Positions 24,073 through 36,775 of a stretch of 64,000 nucleotides of DNA are shown here, one piece after another. The notes under the pieces are model-generated. The model was not told the DNA's origin, did no database searches, and saw only the letters and a program-made list of their open reading frames with translations. The DNA is taken from NCBI RefSeq assembly GCF_964355755.1, contig NC_092672.1, positions 29,332,437-29,396,436 of the forward strand. The letters are read 5' to 3'. How positions within the stretch are numbered: the stretch's first letter is position 1; each line of letters starts with the position of its first letter. The DNA comes from Antedon mediterranea. Taxonomy: Eukaryota; Animalia; Echinodermata. A program made the position numbers and the translations under genes.

Positions 24073-25173
24073 ATGGAAAATGAATCGTCGCATGATGCGT
24101 TGCTGAACATTTCACTACCAATTGAAGAAACGCAATCACCAAATACCGAACAGAAGTTTGACTTTTCTTTTGGAAATATATGTGTATGGCTTATGGTTTT
24201 CATTACAATTGTCGGTAACATTATAGTGATTGTTGCTTGGTTGGTAGAAAAGAAAATAAACTGTAAACCGACAAACATTCTGATCCTTAACCTATCCATT
24301 GCTGATCTTCTTACCGGGTGTGTGACTATGCCTCTGTACAACATCATCACTCACCATGGACGCTGGACGCTTGGCAACTTTGCTTGTAAAATTTGGACTG
24401 TTGCTGTATTTACATCTGGTCAACAGTCACTTTTTATGATTTTATTAATTTCTCTAGATCGATATTGGATGCTTAAGAAAGGTTTGGAGTATAGGCGTTT
24501 TCAAACCCATCGTAGGGCTTTTGTGATGTCTGGTGTCTGTTGGATAAATTCCATTACATTTGCAACGATTCCACCCTTTGTTCTACCGATAATAACCTCA
24601 GGCTCCACCAATATTAACTACTATACGTGTGAGATTGTTAGTTGCAGTAAGATTAATAGTGTTCTGTTTATTTTTCCACTGTTCATAATACCGTTAATAC
24701 TTTTGATATACTTAAATACTTTGGTATATATCAATATCCGGAGACGATCAAACCGATTAAGACATCAGAACAAACTAACTCAGACTGGGGTTACACAAAG
24801 AAGATCCCGCATCGATCATAGTACGACAGAAGTCGTGAATATGTCAATTGTACATAGGTCTACTACAATCAGTACGTTGCACGGGCACAACTCACGACCA
24901 CCACCACCACCACCACGTATCAATCGCAAGTCATTTGTCATGCTAGTAACGGTTGTGGGTGTATTCTGCCTTTGTTGGTTGCCTGTGAATATTACCCTTG
25001 TGGTTCATAGGTCTTGGCCTAAGTGGAATTTTAAGTTTTTAAACTATCTAATCTGGTCAAATTCTATGGTGAACCCCTTGTTATACGTGGCTACTAATCT
25101 TCAATTCAGAAAATTCTTTGCAAAAGTACTATGTCGCTTCAAAAGAAACAGAGTAGCGGTGTTAATTGATTGA
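24073..25173 (+). CDS. Intronless class A (rhodopsin-family) GPCR, histamine H3/H4- or muscarinic-like orphan, 366 aa
   Basis: Seven hydrophobic segments; GN (TM1), LSIADL (TM2), C3.25, DRY, CWLP, NSMVNPLLY; N-terminal NES/NIS glycosylation sites; AATAAA at 25189-25194. First ATG is at 24073 (the track start at 24052 is TTG). Confidence 0.9.
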   Translation: MENESSHDALLNISLPIEETQSPNTEQKFDFSFGNICVWLMVFITIVGNIIVIVAWLVEKKINCKPTNILILNLSIADLLTGCVTMPLYNIITHHGRWTLGNFACKIWTVAVFTSGQQSLFMILLISLDRYWMLKKGLEYRRFQTHRRAFVMSGVCWINSITFATIPPFVLPIITSGSTNINYYTCEIVSCSKINSVLFIFPLFIIPLILLIYLNTLVYINIRRRSNRLRHQNKLTQTGVTQRRSRIDHSTTEVVNMSIVHRSTTISTLHGHNSRPPPPPPRINRKSFVMLVTVVGVFCLCWLPVNITLVVHRSWPKWNFKFLNYLIWSNSMVNPLLYVATNLQFRKFFAKVLCRFKRNRVAVLID

Positions 25174-28100
25174 GGCCTACTATAAATGAATAAAGTATTT
25201 GGAAATATATATTTGGAAATATTTATGCTGTAAAGGAATGATTTACGTCCACGCACAAAAGCTAACGACCGCAACTCAAAGTACTACACATAAAATATGA
25301 ACATTTAACTAGAACTGACCTAAGTTTGATCCCTATTCATGAAATAATAATGCTTTTTTAAAACTCCATGTCAACTGAATATTTTAAAATTATTCTCACT
25401 GTGTAAACTCACTGAAATCGATTTTTAAGCACATTTGCTCACAGACTTATTCGCGCAAATAATTTCGTATCCACGTAGGCCTAATACGATGAAATATTGC
25501 AATTCTGTTTATTAAATTTAAAATTATTTACTATATAGATGGTACGCTGGCTTCGCTCGTGCACCATAGGTCGTGCCCACCGATAGTTCTCGAATACACA
25601 GTAATTTCAGCGTAAAAAAATGGGTTTTTTTTATGTACGTACTGCAGGGCTATAATAGATTGTCGTTTACAGAAACGAATAAATAGACACGATGATTTAT
25701 GTAGTCAACTAAAATTAGCACCCCGATAATTACTTCCGAGAAAGAAACAAAATGAGTCCAATTTGTTGATTTAGATTCATTTAAACAAACCCAATTTGAG
25801 TTTTGTATATAACATTAGGGTTTAGGGATCATGGGGAAGAGGATGGGTACAAAGAGGTACAATTTTTAAATATATTCTTTATCCACTCAGTAACGAAATA
25901 TGTTTTTATGTTTTATAGGCCTATAAATTATATTCCACTAAATACGGTGAAACATTTGCGATTAGGCCTAATTAATTATATAATACCTTGTTAAAACTGT
26001 CACTGTCATAGTCGATTGAAATAAAGTACATGTAACGATACACGTACCACTACGTTTATATTTTTGTAATTATTAATTAATACAAACTTTAAGAAGCAAA
26101 CTGTCAGTAATAAAGTTTATTTGTATATTATGTGTTTATATATCCATAGAAATATTATACCGTAGTTCACTATAATATCTGTATTATATATCTGACACAC
26201 TCACAGTAATAAAGTATATTTGTATATGTGTTTATATATCTAACAGTACCCACACTCACAGTAAGAAATTTGTGATTTGTATTTACAGTATTGCAATACT
26301 ATATCTAAAGGTTTTAAGTTTATCCCCAAGGACCCGTAAATTTACCTAGTTGTGTTAAACCAGATATACTAAGACTGAGAGACTGGAATGTTAAATTCAT
26401 CGCAAATTTAATATATTTGTATAAACGTATATTAAATCTTTCAAAATAGTTTTTTTTTAAAAGAAAATCGGCCTGTCTTCACCATTTTGATGCTATACTC
26501 GAGGAGCTATTCAACCGGTTTTCAGCTATTAAAACCAATTATCGTAGAAGGAGATAGGTAAATGCGAAGCATCCTCGTATTATTGTGTGCGGGTATTTTT
26601 CAAGATGGATATGCATTAGAGAGTGTATACCACGATCAGAAAACACCCCTATTTGAATCGTTGAACCTAAATTCGTTTAATCGTCAATAACTAATTATCG
26701 AACTCAATTTAATTAGTAAACAGGGTTACATCAGGTGGTTAAAATCAGTACCGAAAGTACGAACCAACTTTATATACCATCGAGTAAACATTCTAGAAAT
26801 AACGCGTGATTTACCAACTTTTGCCCTTAAATACATTTATATATAGATGAACACAGAGAGAATGAATACAGTCAAACACGATTTAATCTGTAGCCAAATA
26901 TAATTGCCATCTTGAGAATTTTATAATAAACTTGAATTGTCCGTATTGCATGGTATCGGCCTGCTACATTCCTGACTTATTTTATGATGGAATGGTATCT
27001 TCATATTTATAAAATTCGTATCAAACATGGATTGTTTTCTTACAACAATTGCAATAATGAATATTATAGCCCTAATATATTTGTTGTACTCATACATCTA
27101 CTTGTATCATCATTAGCATCAGTGTTATAAATAATTATATATTTTAACTGTCTGATCAATTTATTTTATTTATTTATTTTATTCATTTCGGCAATAAACA
27201 TAAAATAATAATTACAAAAAAAAACCAAAAAACATAGAAATATATATATATATATGAAAAACAAGACACGAGGCCGAGGAAAGACAAAAGCATTAAACAA
27301 AACGCTGTCACCGGTAAGGTGTGTCTCTCCAACAAATAAATTGAAATAAGAAGCACTGGCTTTACAACGTTACTCATAATTATTACATAGTATTTATGTG
27401 TGCGGGTATTTGTCGGCATCGACATCCATTAGACATAGTATACCACGATCGGAAAACACCCCTTAGGGGCAAATCGTTGAACCTCTAACTAATTTTCTAA
27501 CTCAACTTAATTAGTAACAGGGTTACATTAGGTGGTTAAAATCAGTGCCGAACGTATGAACCGACTTTATCGACTACAAAATCTAGAAGTAACGTGCGAT
27601 TTACCGAATTTTGCCCTTACGTAAATTTATATATAGATTACCCCCCCCCCCCTATCCCAAAATGTTGTGTTGCATATTTTCTGTAGGTGCGTTGTTATAT
27701 AATCATAAAAAATGACTATTAAGCTGAACAAATGGCATTGCTATCATTATATTTCTGAAATTTACACATAATAAGCTTTCCAAAAATGTATGGTAGCATT
27801 TGATCTGATACTGTTTTCGCATAAAATTGGACCCGGCCCGTGGAATATTAATATATGCAGAGGCCAATGTGCAAGTTAGTTGTCTGTTTCCACACACAAC
27901 TACCGTAATGTTCGATAATAGTAATTTGAATGCATTTTCATTAAGAGTTTTTGCCTATTGATAGGCCTAGATACCAATGTTGGTGTGTACATTATTCTAT
28001 CAATGACACAAATTATTGATGCCCATTGATTGCAGTGCTCCGTTGTTTGAGTGTAATGATTTGCGTCAAACAACGAGTAATCAGGTATTCCTCCTAATTA

Positions 28101-28414
28101 GATTAAATTGAATATCCTTTCATAATGATATTTGTTTGTTCATTAAAATTCGAAGATTAGGCAATTATATACCTACTATTGTTATGCTATTATAAATTCC
28201 ACTGAATTGTTTAATTAGAAATAATATAAGAGTACCATAAAACCTTGAAAAGAAGCCCATAAATATGGTTTTCAAAAGTCTCAAAAAGATTCTCACTGAT
28301 AACTCCGTAGGGGAAGATACCAGTGGAAATGTACGTGGGGAGTAGGCCTAGGTGGAAATTTCCAGGTGGGGAACTTTTTTCTGTCAGTATTTATTTTTTT
28401 AAAGATGACAACAC

Positions 28415-28810
28415 GAGGCACCTTTGGATTCGTACCGTAATGATTTATAGCAATAATCAACTATTTATGGAACAAAACCTTGTGTATATTGTATAGACCT
28501 AATCATTCAATGTGGCTTTTTGTTCATCAATCAGTTTTAAGTATGTTTGTGTTTTTGTTTTAAAATGTTAGTTATCAATTTATAATTCTGAAAATAAGTT
28601 TATTTATCAGTGGAGAAAATGAGGCACCTTTGAATTCGTACCGTAATGATTTATAGCAATAATCAATTATTTATGGAACAAAACCTTGTGTATATTGTAT
28701 AGACCTAATCATTCAGTGTGGCTTTTTGTTCATCAATCAGTTTTAAGTATGTTTGTTTTTTGGCTTAAAATGTTAATATTTAATTCTGAAAATAAGTGTA
28801 TTTATCAGTG
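28415..28810. repeat. Tandem duplication of about 206 bp
   Basis: GAGGCACCTTTG..ATTCGTACCGTAATG starts at about 28415 and at 28621. Confidence 0.85.
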
Positions 28811-30178
28811 GGAAAATTAGCGCAATCTATCGATCATCAAATATATTTCATCTCAAGTAAGTTAAGTATCAATCATTGCATGGGTATGAATTTAGACTTG
28901 CCCCAAGTCTGTATTTATTAGTCCACGTTTTCGATTTTGTCCCGTCACATGTCAGGATTTCTTCTAAGGACAAAATTACAACTCCGCTCCCAAAGACTTG
29001 TAAAAAGACTTTGTTTATGTAGAGCATCTTGTGTATATGTTTGTCTTGTGAACCTCTGAAGGTTCCTAATGATCAGCAATTGCAGGATAAATTAAAATGA
29101 AGCTGAAGTAGTATACGTATGAAACGCCATATATGCCAAATATTAATCTTTTACTAATAAGTCAAAACTCCGTCTGGAACCCAGAATTGTACTGTCACTG
29201 CCTAAAAACATTGTTTTCATTGTAACAAATGTTTTCCCCTTTATCGTTCTGTTCTTTACCTTTTTTTTCTTGTATCACTGAGCTCTTTCACTTCATCCTC
29301 ATCATGTTGTGTTTTCTTTCATTACAAAGACATCAAAGAGCCCGATGTTGTATTGATGCTATTTAAAGAGATAAGTATGGGCTATTAATGTGTCCCAGTG
29401 TCCCAATGTAAGTCAATCGCTTACTGCTAATTAATTCACACGTTATTCTTGAGGAACGGACAGAGGTTTTTTTTCTTTTGTGGTTCACCACCACCTTTAT
29501 TCATTAAATGTTTTATTACATAATTTCTAAACATTTTCTACCTTTTTTCATTATTTTCTGTTTTCCTTATTGATATCATAATGTTAACCTTTAGTATCAT
29601 ACCATTAATACAAAGTATTTATTTCTTAACATTTTTGTTTTGTTAAATCGTATATTAATTAAAATATTTAACTACATACATCAAATGGCATTGTTTGATG
29701 TACACGGTGCTATTAATCTGCACTCACACATAGTGTACACACATGGAACGGACAGAAGTTAACCTTAACACCTAAAGGTTAATCTCTGTTAATTGCCTAT
29801 TGATTTCTCCTTATCACTAGCCTCATTATTTGTCTGTTAGTTATCGATTCTTGTTTCTGTAACATAGATGATCGTTGTCTCTTGATAAACGGAAGATAGA
29901 AACAGAATAGAAATGTTCTTGTATGGAATTTCAAGACAATTACGATAGTCATTCTTAAAATCTTAAAGCTCTGTCTACACAATCAAACTACTTTGACACA
30001 AAAGTATGATGTGCCCAAATATGGTAGTGATATGCCCAAATATGGTAGTGATATGCTCAAATATGGTAGTGATATGCTCAAATATGGTAGTGCTATGACA
30101 TCATCATTTCCATATATGGTTACATTTTTTTTGTCACATAAAGTTTGATAGTGTAGAAAGAGCTTTAGGGAACACCTA

Positions 30179-30775
30179 GTAAGTAAGTAAGTAATATTTA
30201 TTGCTTTCCAAATACAGTACAAATAAATAAAACAGTATAATGTAAATGAAATAAAAAGAGAAACATTAAATATAAAAATACAAGACTAGACAAGAAAATA
30301 AGCATGGAAAGCAGGGGATGGCCCTTTAAGCCCAGAGGCTTGTTTCCAAAGGGGTCCCCAACATAATAAAATAATATTACAATAATTATACAAAAATATG
30401 GATCTATTATTATTTTATACAGTATTACAAATTAATTTAATTACATGTTAGATTTATGCCGAATTCTGATAATCATTATTATTACAAAAATATCTACTAT
30501 TATTTACAAGAAAAGTCAATCATAATTTTAGGTCTATATAATTTGCATATTTGTTAATACAAATTTCTTAAGAGTCCTTTTAAAACTATTGTGTGTAAAA
30601 ATATTTTTTATTTCTATTGGTAATTTGTTCCACAGTGTGATTGCATTAAAAAAAAAGGTCTTACTAACAGTGTAGTTATTCATTGAAACAATAAAATTAC
30701 AATCTTTACCTCTAGTACCATGGTTATGATTTATCCTATTAAAATTATTTAACATAAAGTCTGGACAACTTTTTG
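30179..30775 (-). mobile_element. 5'-truncated CR1/L2-group LINE (ORF2 C-terminus plus 3' UTR)
   Basis: ORF 30755-30534 HNHGTR...TFFFNAITLWNKLP..IK....SFKRTLK is the typical CR1/L2 ORF2 tail; the element ends in AATAAA plus (TTAC)n. Confidence 0.8.
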
Positions 30776-33137
30776 TATATATTGGAAAATATATTGTATA
30801 TACCTGGAATCCAAACGTATCCTCGTGAGGTAATTTCCCGATTTATCGTAATCAAAACGGTACTGGGTTCATTCATAGAAGCCTTGATGAAGTAAGACTA
30901 CCTGGTGGTGGCCATAGAATGGTCCCGAGATATATACTTTGGCTTTAGTTGATAGAAGATTAAAATATTGTTAGAGATAGAGACATACGATGTTTGATTA
31001 TGTGTAGATGTGTGACTTGTTCTATTACCGTATTCAAATGATGTTCCGCATAAGGAGATGAAGATAGTAGTTGGGTGTAATGATTTTAATGAGACCTAAT
31101 GTGACTGCGAATGTGTTCAAAAGGTATATAGTACAGAAGTGGCTAGTACTATAATACGGATAGCATCAACAGCAGTAAAGTCTAGTTTTCGGCTGACCAT
31201 GTTTTTTCGAAGAAAAGTGAAGTACTGCAAAGAAGGAGAGAATATCCGACATTTTTGGGAATAGGTCTATATCAATAGTCCTACCACAGTCCTCTAAATC
31301 TTACTTTTTTGATGATTAGTCGTGTAAATCAATATTGAATAATATATTATAATACTAATAAATACTAACTAAATAATAATTAATACAAGTGTTTACTTTA
31401 GCTGTACTAGTAATACTGCCCTCTGTAACTTGGGGACGGGGCGGTTGAATTTCGTTTATTTGATCAAAATAGAGACTCACATGATCGGAAACTGGTGAAA
31501 TGCAGTGTATTGAAAAGCAACTCTATGTAATGGTAAAACAGTACTACTACACTACTAAATTTATATATTTTTAAATACTATGCTATTTTAATGTCACATT
31601 AGTTACAATTAGTTACAAAATTGGTGGGCAAAAAAATACTTGAAAAACTGTAGTCAAATTGTCAGTCAAACAATGGGTTTTGATTTAATTTGTAAAGTGA
31701 ATTCATGCTTTTTGTATTTTTTTTTCTACGGAATTGATTAACTTTATTAAAACTGAAAATGGTCTATTTAAAGTGTAATTTTATTAATCTTCATTGTTCA
31801 TGTTAATTTGGGACGGTACATCTTTAATGTTGTCATTTTGAATCACATAAAGTTGTTGGCTGTTTTACTCGTAGGATAAGAAGGGTAGACTGACAGACGT
31901 TGTCAAAACCTTCTTCAGTGGATATATCGAATTCCGATTAATTTCATAAAAAGAATAAACAAAATCAGAATCAGAAAAGCATGGCTATAATTTCTACATC
32001 CAACAATTTTCCAATGCAAACATCGCATCAATCTTCTTATTCTTAAAAACAATAACAGTGGTAACTCACACACACTATAAGCTTGTCTTTTTATGAAAAC
32101 CCCGCGAAATATAATAGGTATAGGCCTAATTACTTATATAAATTAGCCTCCACGTGCCACCAAGTGGATTAGGCCTACTTGAATTTGAATGGGGTAATTT
32201 CTGTTATTTTGAAGCAACCTCAATTCCCACGATTCTATCAAAGGTTATATTTAACACTTCGACTTGGAATTCGCACTTTTCATTGTGTACTAAATATAAC
32301 ACAAAGTAGTTAGATGAGAAATAAAAGCATACACGTGGTCTTAAATGGAATGCGCATGTGACACCGCCTTTATGAATGATGCTATCAAGAACAGTTGGAA
32401 ATCAAAGCGATTAGGTATGGTATTCACTCTTTCCTGGTAAATGTAATCGATTATATTAAAAATTATCAAGCATAGTTAAAGTACTTATAAATACCTAAAG
32501 ACAATGAATTTAAGGTGCAAAGTATTTTCTTTTAAAAGGATTTTTATAATGAATTAGCTATGTAACATTGTGTCGCAAAGTTAGGGCGCTAAATATGCAT
32601 ACAACGTTCGCATTCTGTTGTATATTTGGAACACTGTGGGAAAGCTAGGTCTGAGTCAATGGTTTCGACTTAATCGCCTCTTTCTGTTCGTCTTAAATTT
32701 ACATCAAACAGGCCTAATGAGTTGTTATTTATGCTGCTTGTTCTACAGAATTTTGCCGCGCTAATCCATAAGGCTATTAATTATGTCTGTAAAGGCTATT
32801 TGTACAACGTAGGCCTACAGAATGAGTTACCTCGTTTGTTTTCTATCTTATTTTATCATTGATACGTTTTATTATAGTAATTTCTAACCGTAGTTAGACC
32901 ACTTCTAACCATTTCTATGATCAATATTAATCGCCGGTGGAACATCATGTTTAGCAACAATGAATATTAGGCCTAAATTATACCAATGTCCAATATCATT
33001 TCAACGTTCAATATCATTTATGAATGATCTATATTACGGTAATTAATGATAATAATTTATTTATTTATATTGCGCAAATTCCATTAAAATAATGTTGATG
33101 ACGCACATTTTATATTGTATGAATTAAATAGTAAACT

Positions 33138-33338
33138 AATATTGTACGAATGAAATAGTAAATACTATTGTACGAATGAAATAGTAAGTACTATTGTACC
33201 GGGTATTGTACGAATGAAATAGTATATACTATTGTATGAATGAAATAGTAAAATACTATTGCATGAATGAAATAGTAAAATACTATTGCATGAGTAAAAT
33301 AGTAAAATACTATTATATGAATAAATAGTAAAATACTA
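33138..33338. repeat. Minisatellite of about 26 bp (TATTGTACGAATGAAATAGTAAATAC)
   Basis: About 7-8 imperfect copies seen directly. Confidence 0.85.
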
Positions 33339-35000
33339 AAAGTTAAAATGACCATTTGAAAGATTAAAATTTATCTTAATTACAGTTAAATTAGGCCTAT
33401 AGGTTAATTTTCTTGTATAGGCCTACGCTTAGGCCAGACAGAATGAAGTTCTCTAACAACGAAACGAGGCTAACTTAACATGAGATAGTTTTAATACTTT
33501 CATATTCAGCTGCTTTTAAAATGTCTGTTATGGCAATTTAGGAGACAGTTTGAGATTCGGGAGCTGCGATTTCCGACTTCATTACATATGTCTAGGCCTA
33601 CTTAAACAACTAAAATATAAAGTCATTTCTTGTGAACAAAACTGCTAAAGCACACAACAAATGGTTATTACGTTGAATGACGCTAAATATGTTTAAGATG
33701 TTAAAATAAGACAAGATAGGCCCAATTAATTGTAAAAAGTTTTTCTCGTTTAGCCATTTTTGAAAAATATAATACTGTAGTTTATTGCTAATTGTATGCA
33801 ACGACTTGCAGTTGATGTGTAGATTGTGGTGTGGGCGTTCGACCTCAGTTCCACATCCTTACATAATGTTAAAGAGATTGCTTTATTTTTACTTTTGATA
33901 TGATGAATGAAAGCTGAGATAATTTGAGTTAAAAAAACGCCCTGACAGATTATAAACATATATAGCGCCCTCTTTTTCCTGTACATCTTAGCAGCACGCA
34001 CACTTTTTGCTAACTTGTGTATATAAAACTATAAATCGTCCGTATGTTTATTATTAGTATCTACAACATTGCCAGTTTTAACTATGACTTAAAGGCCCTG
34101 TTGAGACCCATGGCGTTAGACCGTTTTAGTTAATTATAGTTTGTTAAACTAAAATCAGTGATTGGCTGATGTTGGTTTTTAGTATATAGCATAAAAATAT
34201 TAATACAGTATGTATCATCTTTAATGCCGTTGACGGTGGTGCAAATTTCATACAAGAATCAAATATTAATCATTATTTGCCAAGTACGTCTACTCTAATC
34301 ATCTCCAGGCAACGTCCGGCAGCCGACACAAAGCAAATTTCTTCTCGGACCCAGTACTTAGTCTTAGATAAGACTGCTACCAAACATCGACAAACACACG
34401 GGGAACTATGTTATTGAGTCGTATGTCAGGGCGATGCCGTAAAAACAATTTTTATTATTAATGTTATTGTCATTATTGACATTTGTTAAAATTTCACTGT
34501 TGTAGAAGTTATTAACAAGTTTTGCTGCAAAGCAATAAAAGTCAAACAGATCGGAAACTTCTTCATAACAGCGCCCTCTACAATGTACACAAAGTTTTGT
34601 AATTGGTTTTTGCATCTCTCCGTAGTTTCATCATCACAGTCATCAACACAATTTCAAACTTAACTTCAAAAATATACATAAGACCAAATATTAAGATTTT
34701 TCATAATTTATTACTTCACATTAACGCAGTGAGGGACGGTTTTGTAAAAATAGAAAGTTGACCAGCAACAAATTTTAAATACATTGTTAATTAAACATTT
34801 ATAATTTTATACATTTTATATACATTGTTATGGTTAAAATATTAAAACATTTGTAATTAAGTACAGTAAAATAAAAAATTAATTCACTTATGCTATTGTA
34901 AATTTGGCGCATAAGAGTCAATTAATGATAGTACTATGGAAGACATCTTTTGTTTTTAAGTAACTCAAATAAGATTTATTTAAATGTTCGTTTTTGCTGT

Positions 35001-36268
35001 CTACCACGGTCGCCATACTGGTTTGTTGCTAACAATTTGTTGTTTTACAAAAAGATGTTGCATTACATTAACTGATGTTATTCCATGTGATGGTGATGCT
35101 GATGAACGAACTGGAGAAGATGGTGGAGTGATAAATACTGCTCCAACTGGATAACATGATACTTTTGGAGGAAGCACTGTACATTCTGTCTGCCTGTAAG
35201 CTGGTGAAACTGCGTGTACTGGACTTGGAATGTAAGCTGCCTGTGGTGGTGGAGATGGTGGAAGAGCTGGACTGCATTGTTGTACGTTTGAGGTAAGTTT
35301 GTTGCTTAAATGTCCCATAATTCTCATCTTGACATCTAGGTCAATTTCGTCACAAGCACCAAGACATTTTGAGATCTCTCCAACACATTCGCTGAATCCA
35401 GCTCTGAATTGAGATCCATCGTTTGGTAGTTGTTGGCAGCCGCTTACTCTCTGCTGTTGAAGGTATTTTACTGTCATCTCCAAGATATCAGCCTTTTCCA
35501 TTTTTGGTTGGCCATTACCCTGAAAAAAGCAATTAAAAATAAATTTAGTCAAAGGAAAACTGACAAAATTTGAAAACACACTAATACAGTAGCAATCACG
35601 CAGTCTTATTGAAGAGGTAAATACAATAGGCAAAACAATGAATTGTAGTTGTTCATAGTTTTCAATAGGCATTGTCAAACCGTCACAAGCGATTTGGTTT
35701 CAATAACAAAGAGTATAAATACTGTATTATTCACGAGCATCATGAGTACGCTATGATCAACCAATTCCCACGGTTTTAACAAATGAACGGATTAGTGACT
35801 GTAGATACTAACAAGGATGTACAAATGTACACACAATTATTTAAAGACTTCTTAATGTTGTTTGGTTTATTTTTTAAAGTACATAATAAATCTGTAACAT
35901 ACCTCTTTTTTAATTGCCGGGAACACAAGACCTTTAAGTTGCAATAGACTGTCATTAATTCGGGCACGTCGTTTTCGTTCCATAATATGTTTTGACGTCT
36001 ATAAAAGATAAAAAAAATATATATATTTAGACATAATGTATTTTCATGGTATATTGAAATGATATTTTAATATTTAATTGAAAATGTTAAAACATAAGTA
36101 TTTTTAAGTATACAATAATGATAGCAAAATGAAAATCATTTACGTACATTAAAATATGAATAATATTCAAATAGCTAAAAGTAAAATAAATTATAATAAG
36201 ATGCTTACCCTTCTGATCTCGCTCATCTTTCCTTGGTTGTTAGAAGTATTTGGTGCTACAGGAGCCAT
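35001..36268 (-). CDS. HesC: HES/Hairy bHLH-Orange-WRPW repressor, echinoderm HesC type (224 aa)
   Basis: Exons (minus): 36268-36209 MAPVAPNTSNNQGKMSEIRR; 35998-35903 TSKHIMERKRRARINDSLLQLKGLVFPAIKKE (missed by the ORF track); 35519-35001 GNGQPKMEKADILEMTVKYL...FRAGFSECVGEI (Orange)...VWRPW*. Two phase-0 introns at canonical HES positions. HES family is certain; HesC orthology rests on the recalled KH..ERKRRARINDSLLQLK..VFP signature. Confidence 0.88.
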
Positions 36269-36370
36269 TTTAAAGTTCCAAAGTAAATGTAATAGGCTAA
36301 GTCTTTCTGAAAATGTAGTAATTGTTTGAAGGCAAATGCAAGAAGTGATTATATCCAAAGTTTTGCATCC

Positions 36371-36775
36371 TTTTATAGGCCTAAGACAGAACGTCACTCG
36401 CGTGAGTCCTAAGCCCTAAGCTAATGCGCAATCAACCGCGAAATTCTTCTACATCGGCCCAATAGGATCACGTCTCTTTTGTGACTATTAATCTGGGCGC
36501 GCGACACGAGCGATCTCATTGGCTTACCTGAAATAGATCGCTGCTTCTTATTGGTTGAATGTGTACGCGATGTCAATCAGAATCGTAATAAAGGATTTCC
36601 TATAACCCCTATACAGCATAATACGGACGCCGTGATAATGGTTTCGATTGTGTACGCTGAACCGGTGGTTTTTACTTAGGCACGTGGCTTCTATTGTTCA
36701 AAGCCTGGGAAAGCGTCCAAAAGAGCTGAGAGTCCATGGGAAAACTCCGCCTACTTGGGGCTTCGGCACGAGTAT
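36371..36775 (-). promoter_or_regulatory. HES proximal promoter: TATA box, CCAAT boxes, N-box/class C/E-box sites
   Basis: TATAAAA (minus) 36377-36371; CCAAT/ATTGG at about 36459, 36518 and 36550; CGCGTG about 36400; CACGAG about 36505 and 36767; CACGTG about 36682; TGGGAA at about 36705 and 36737. Confidence 0.7.

Noticed and set aside
35520-35678. N-terminal extension of the 225-aa HES ORF in the track
   Set aside because: Intron 2 read-through. The acceptor is at 35521-35520 and the true basic/helix-1 exon is 35998-35903.
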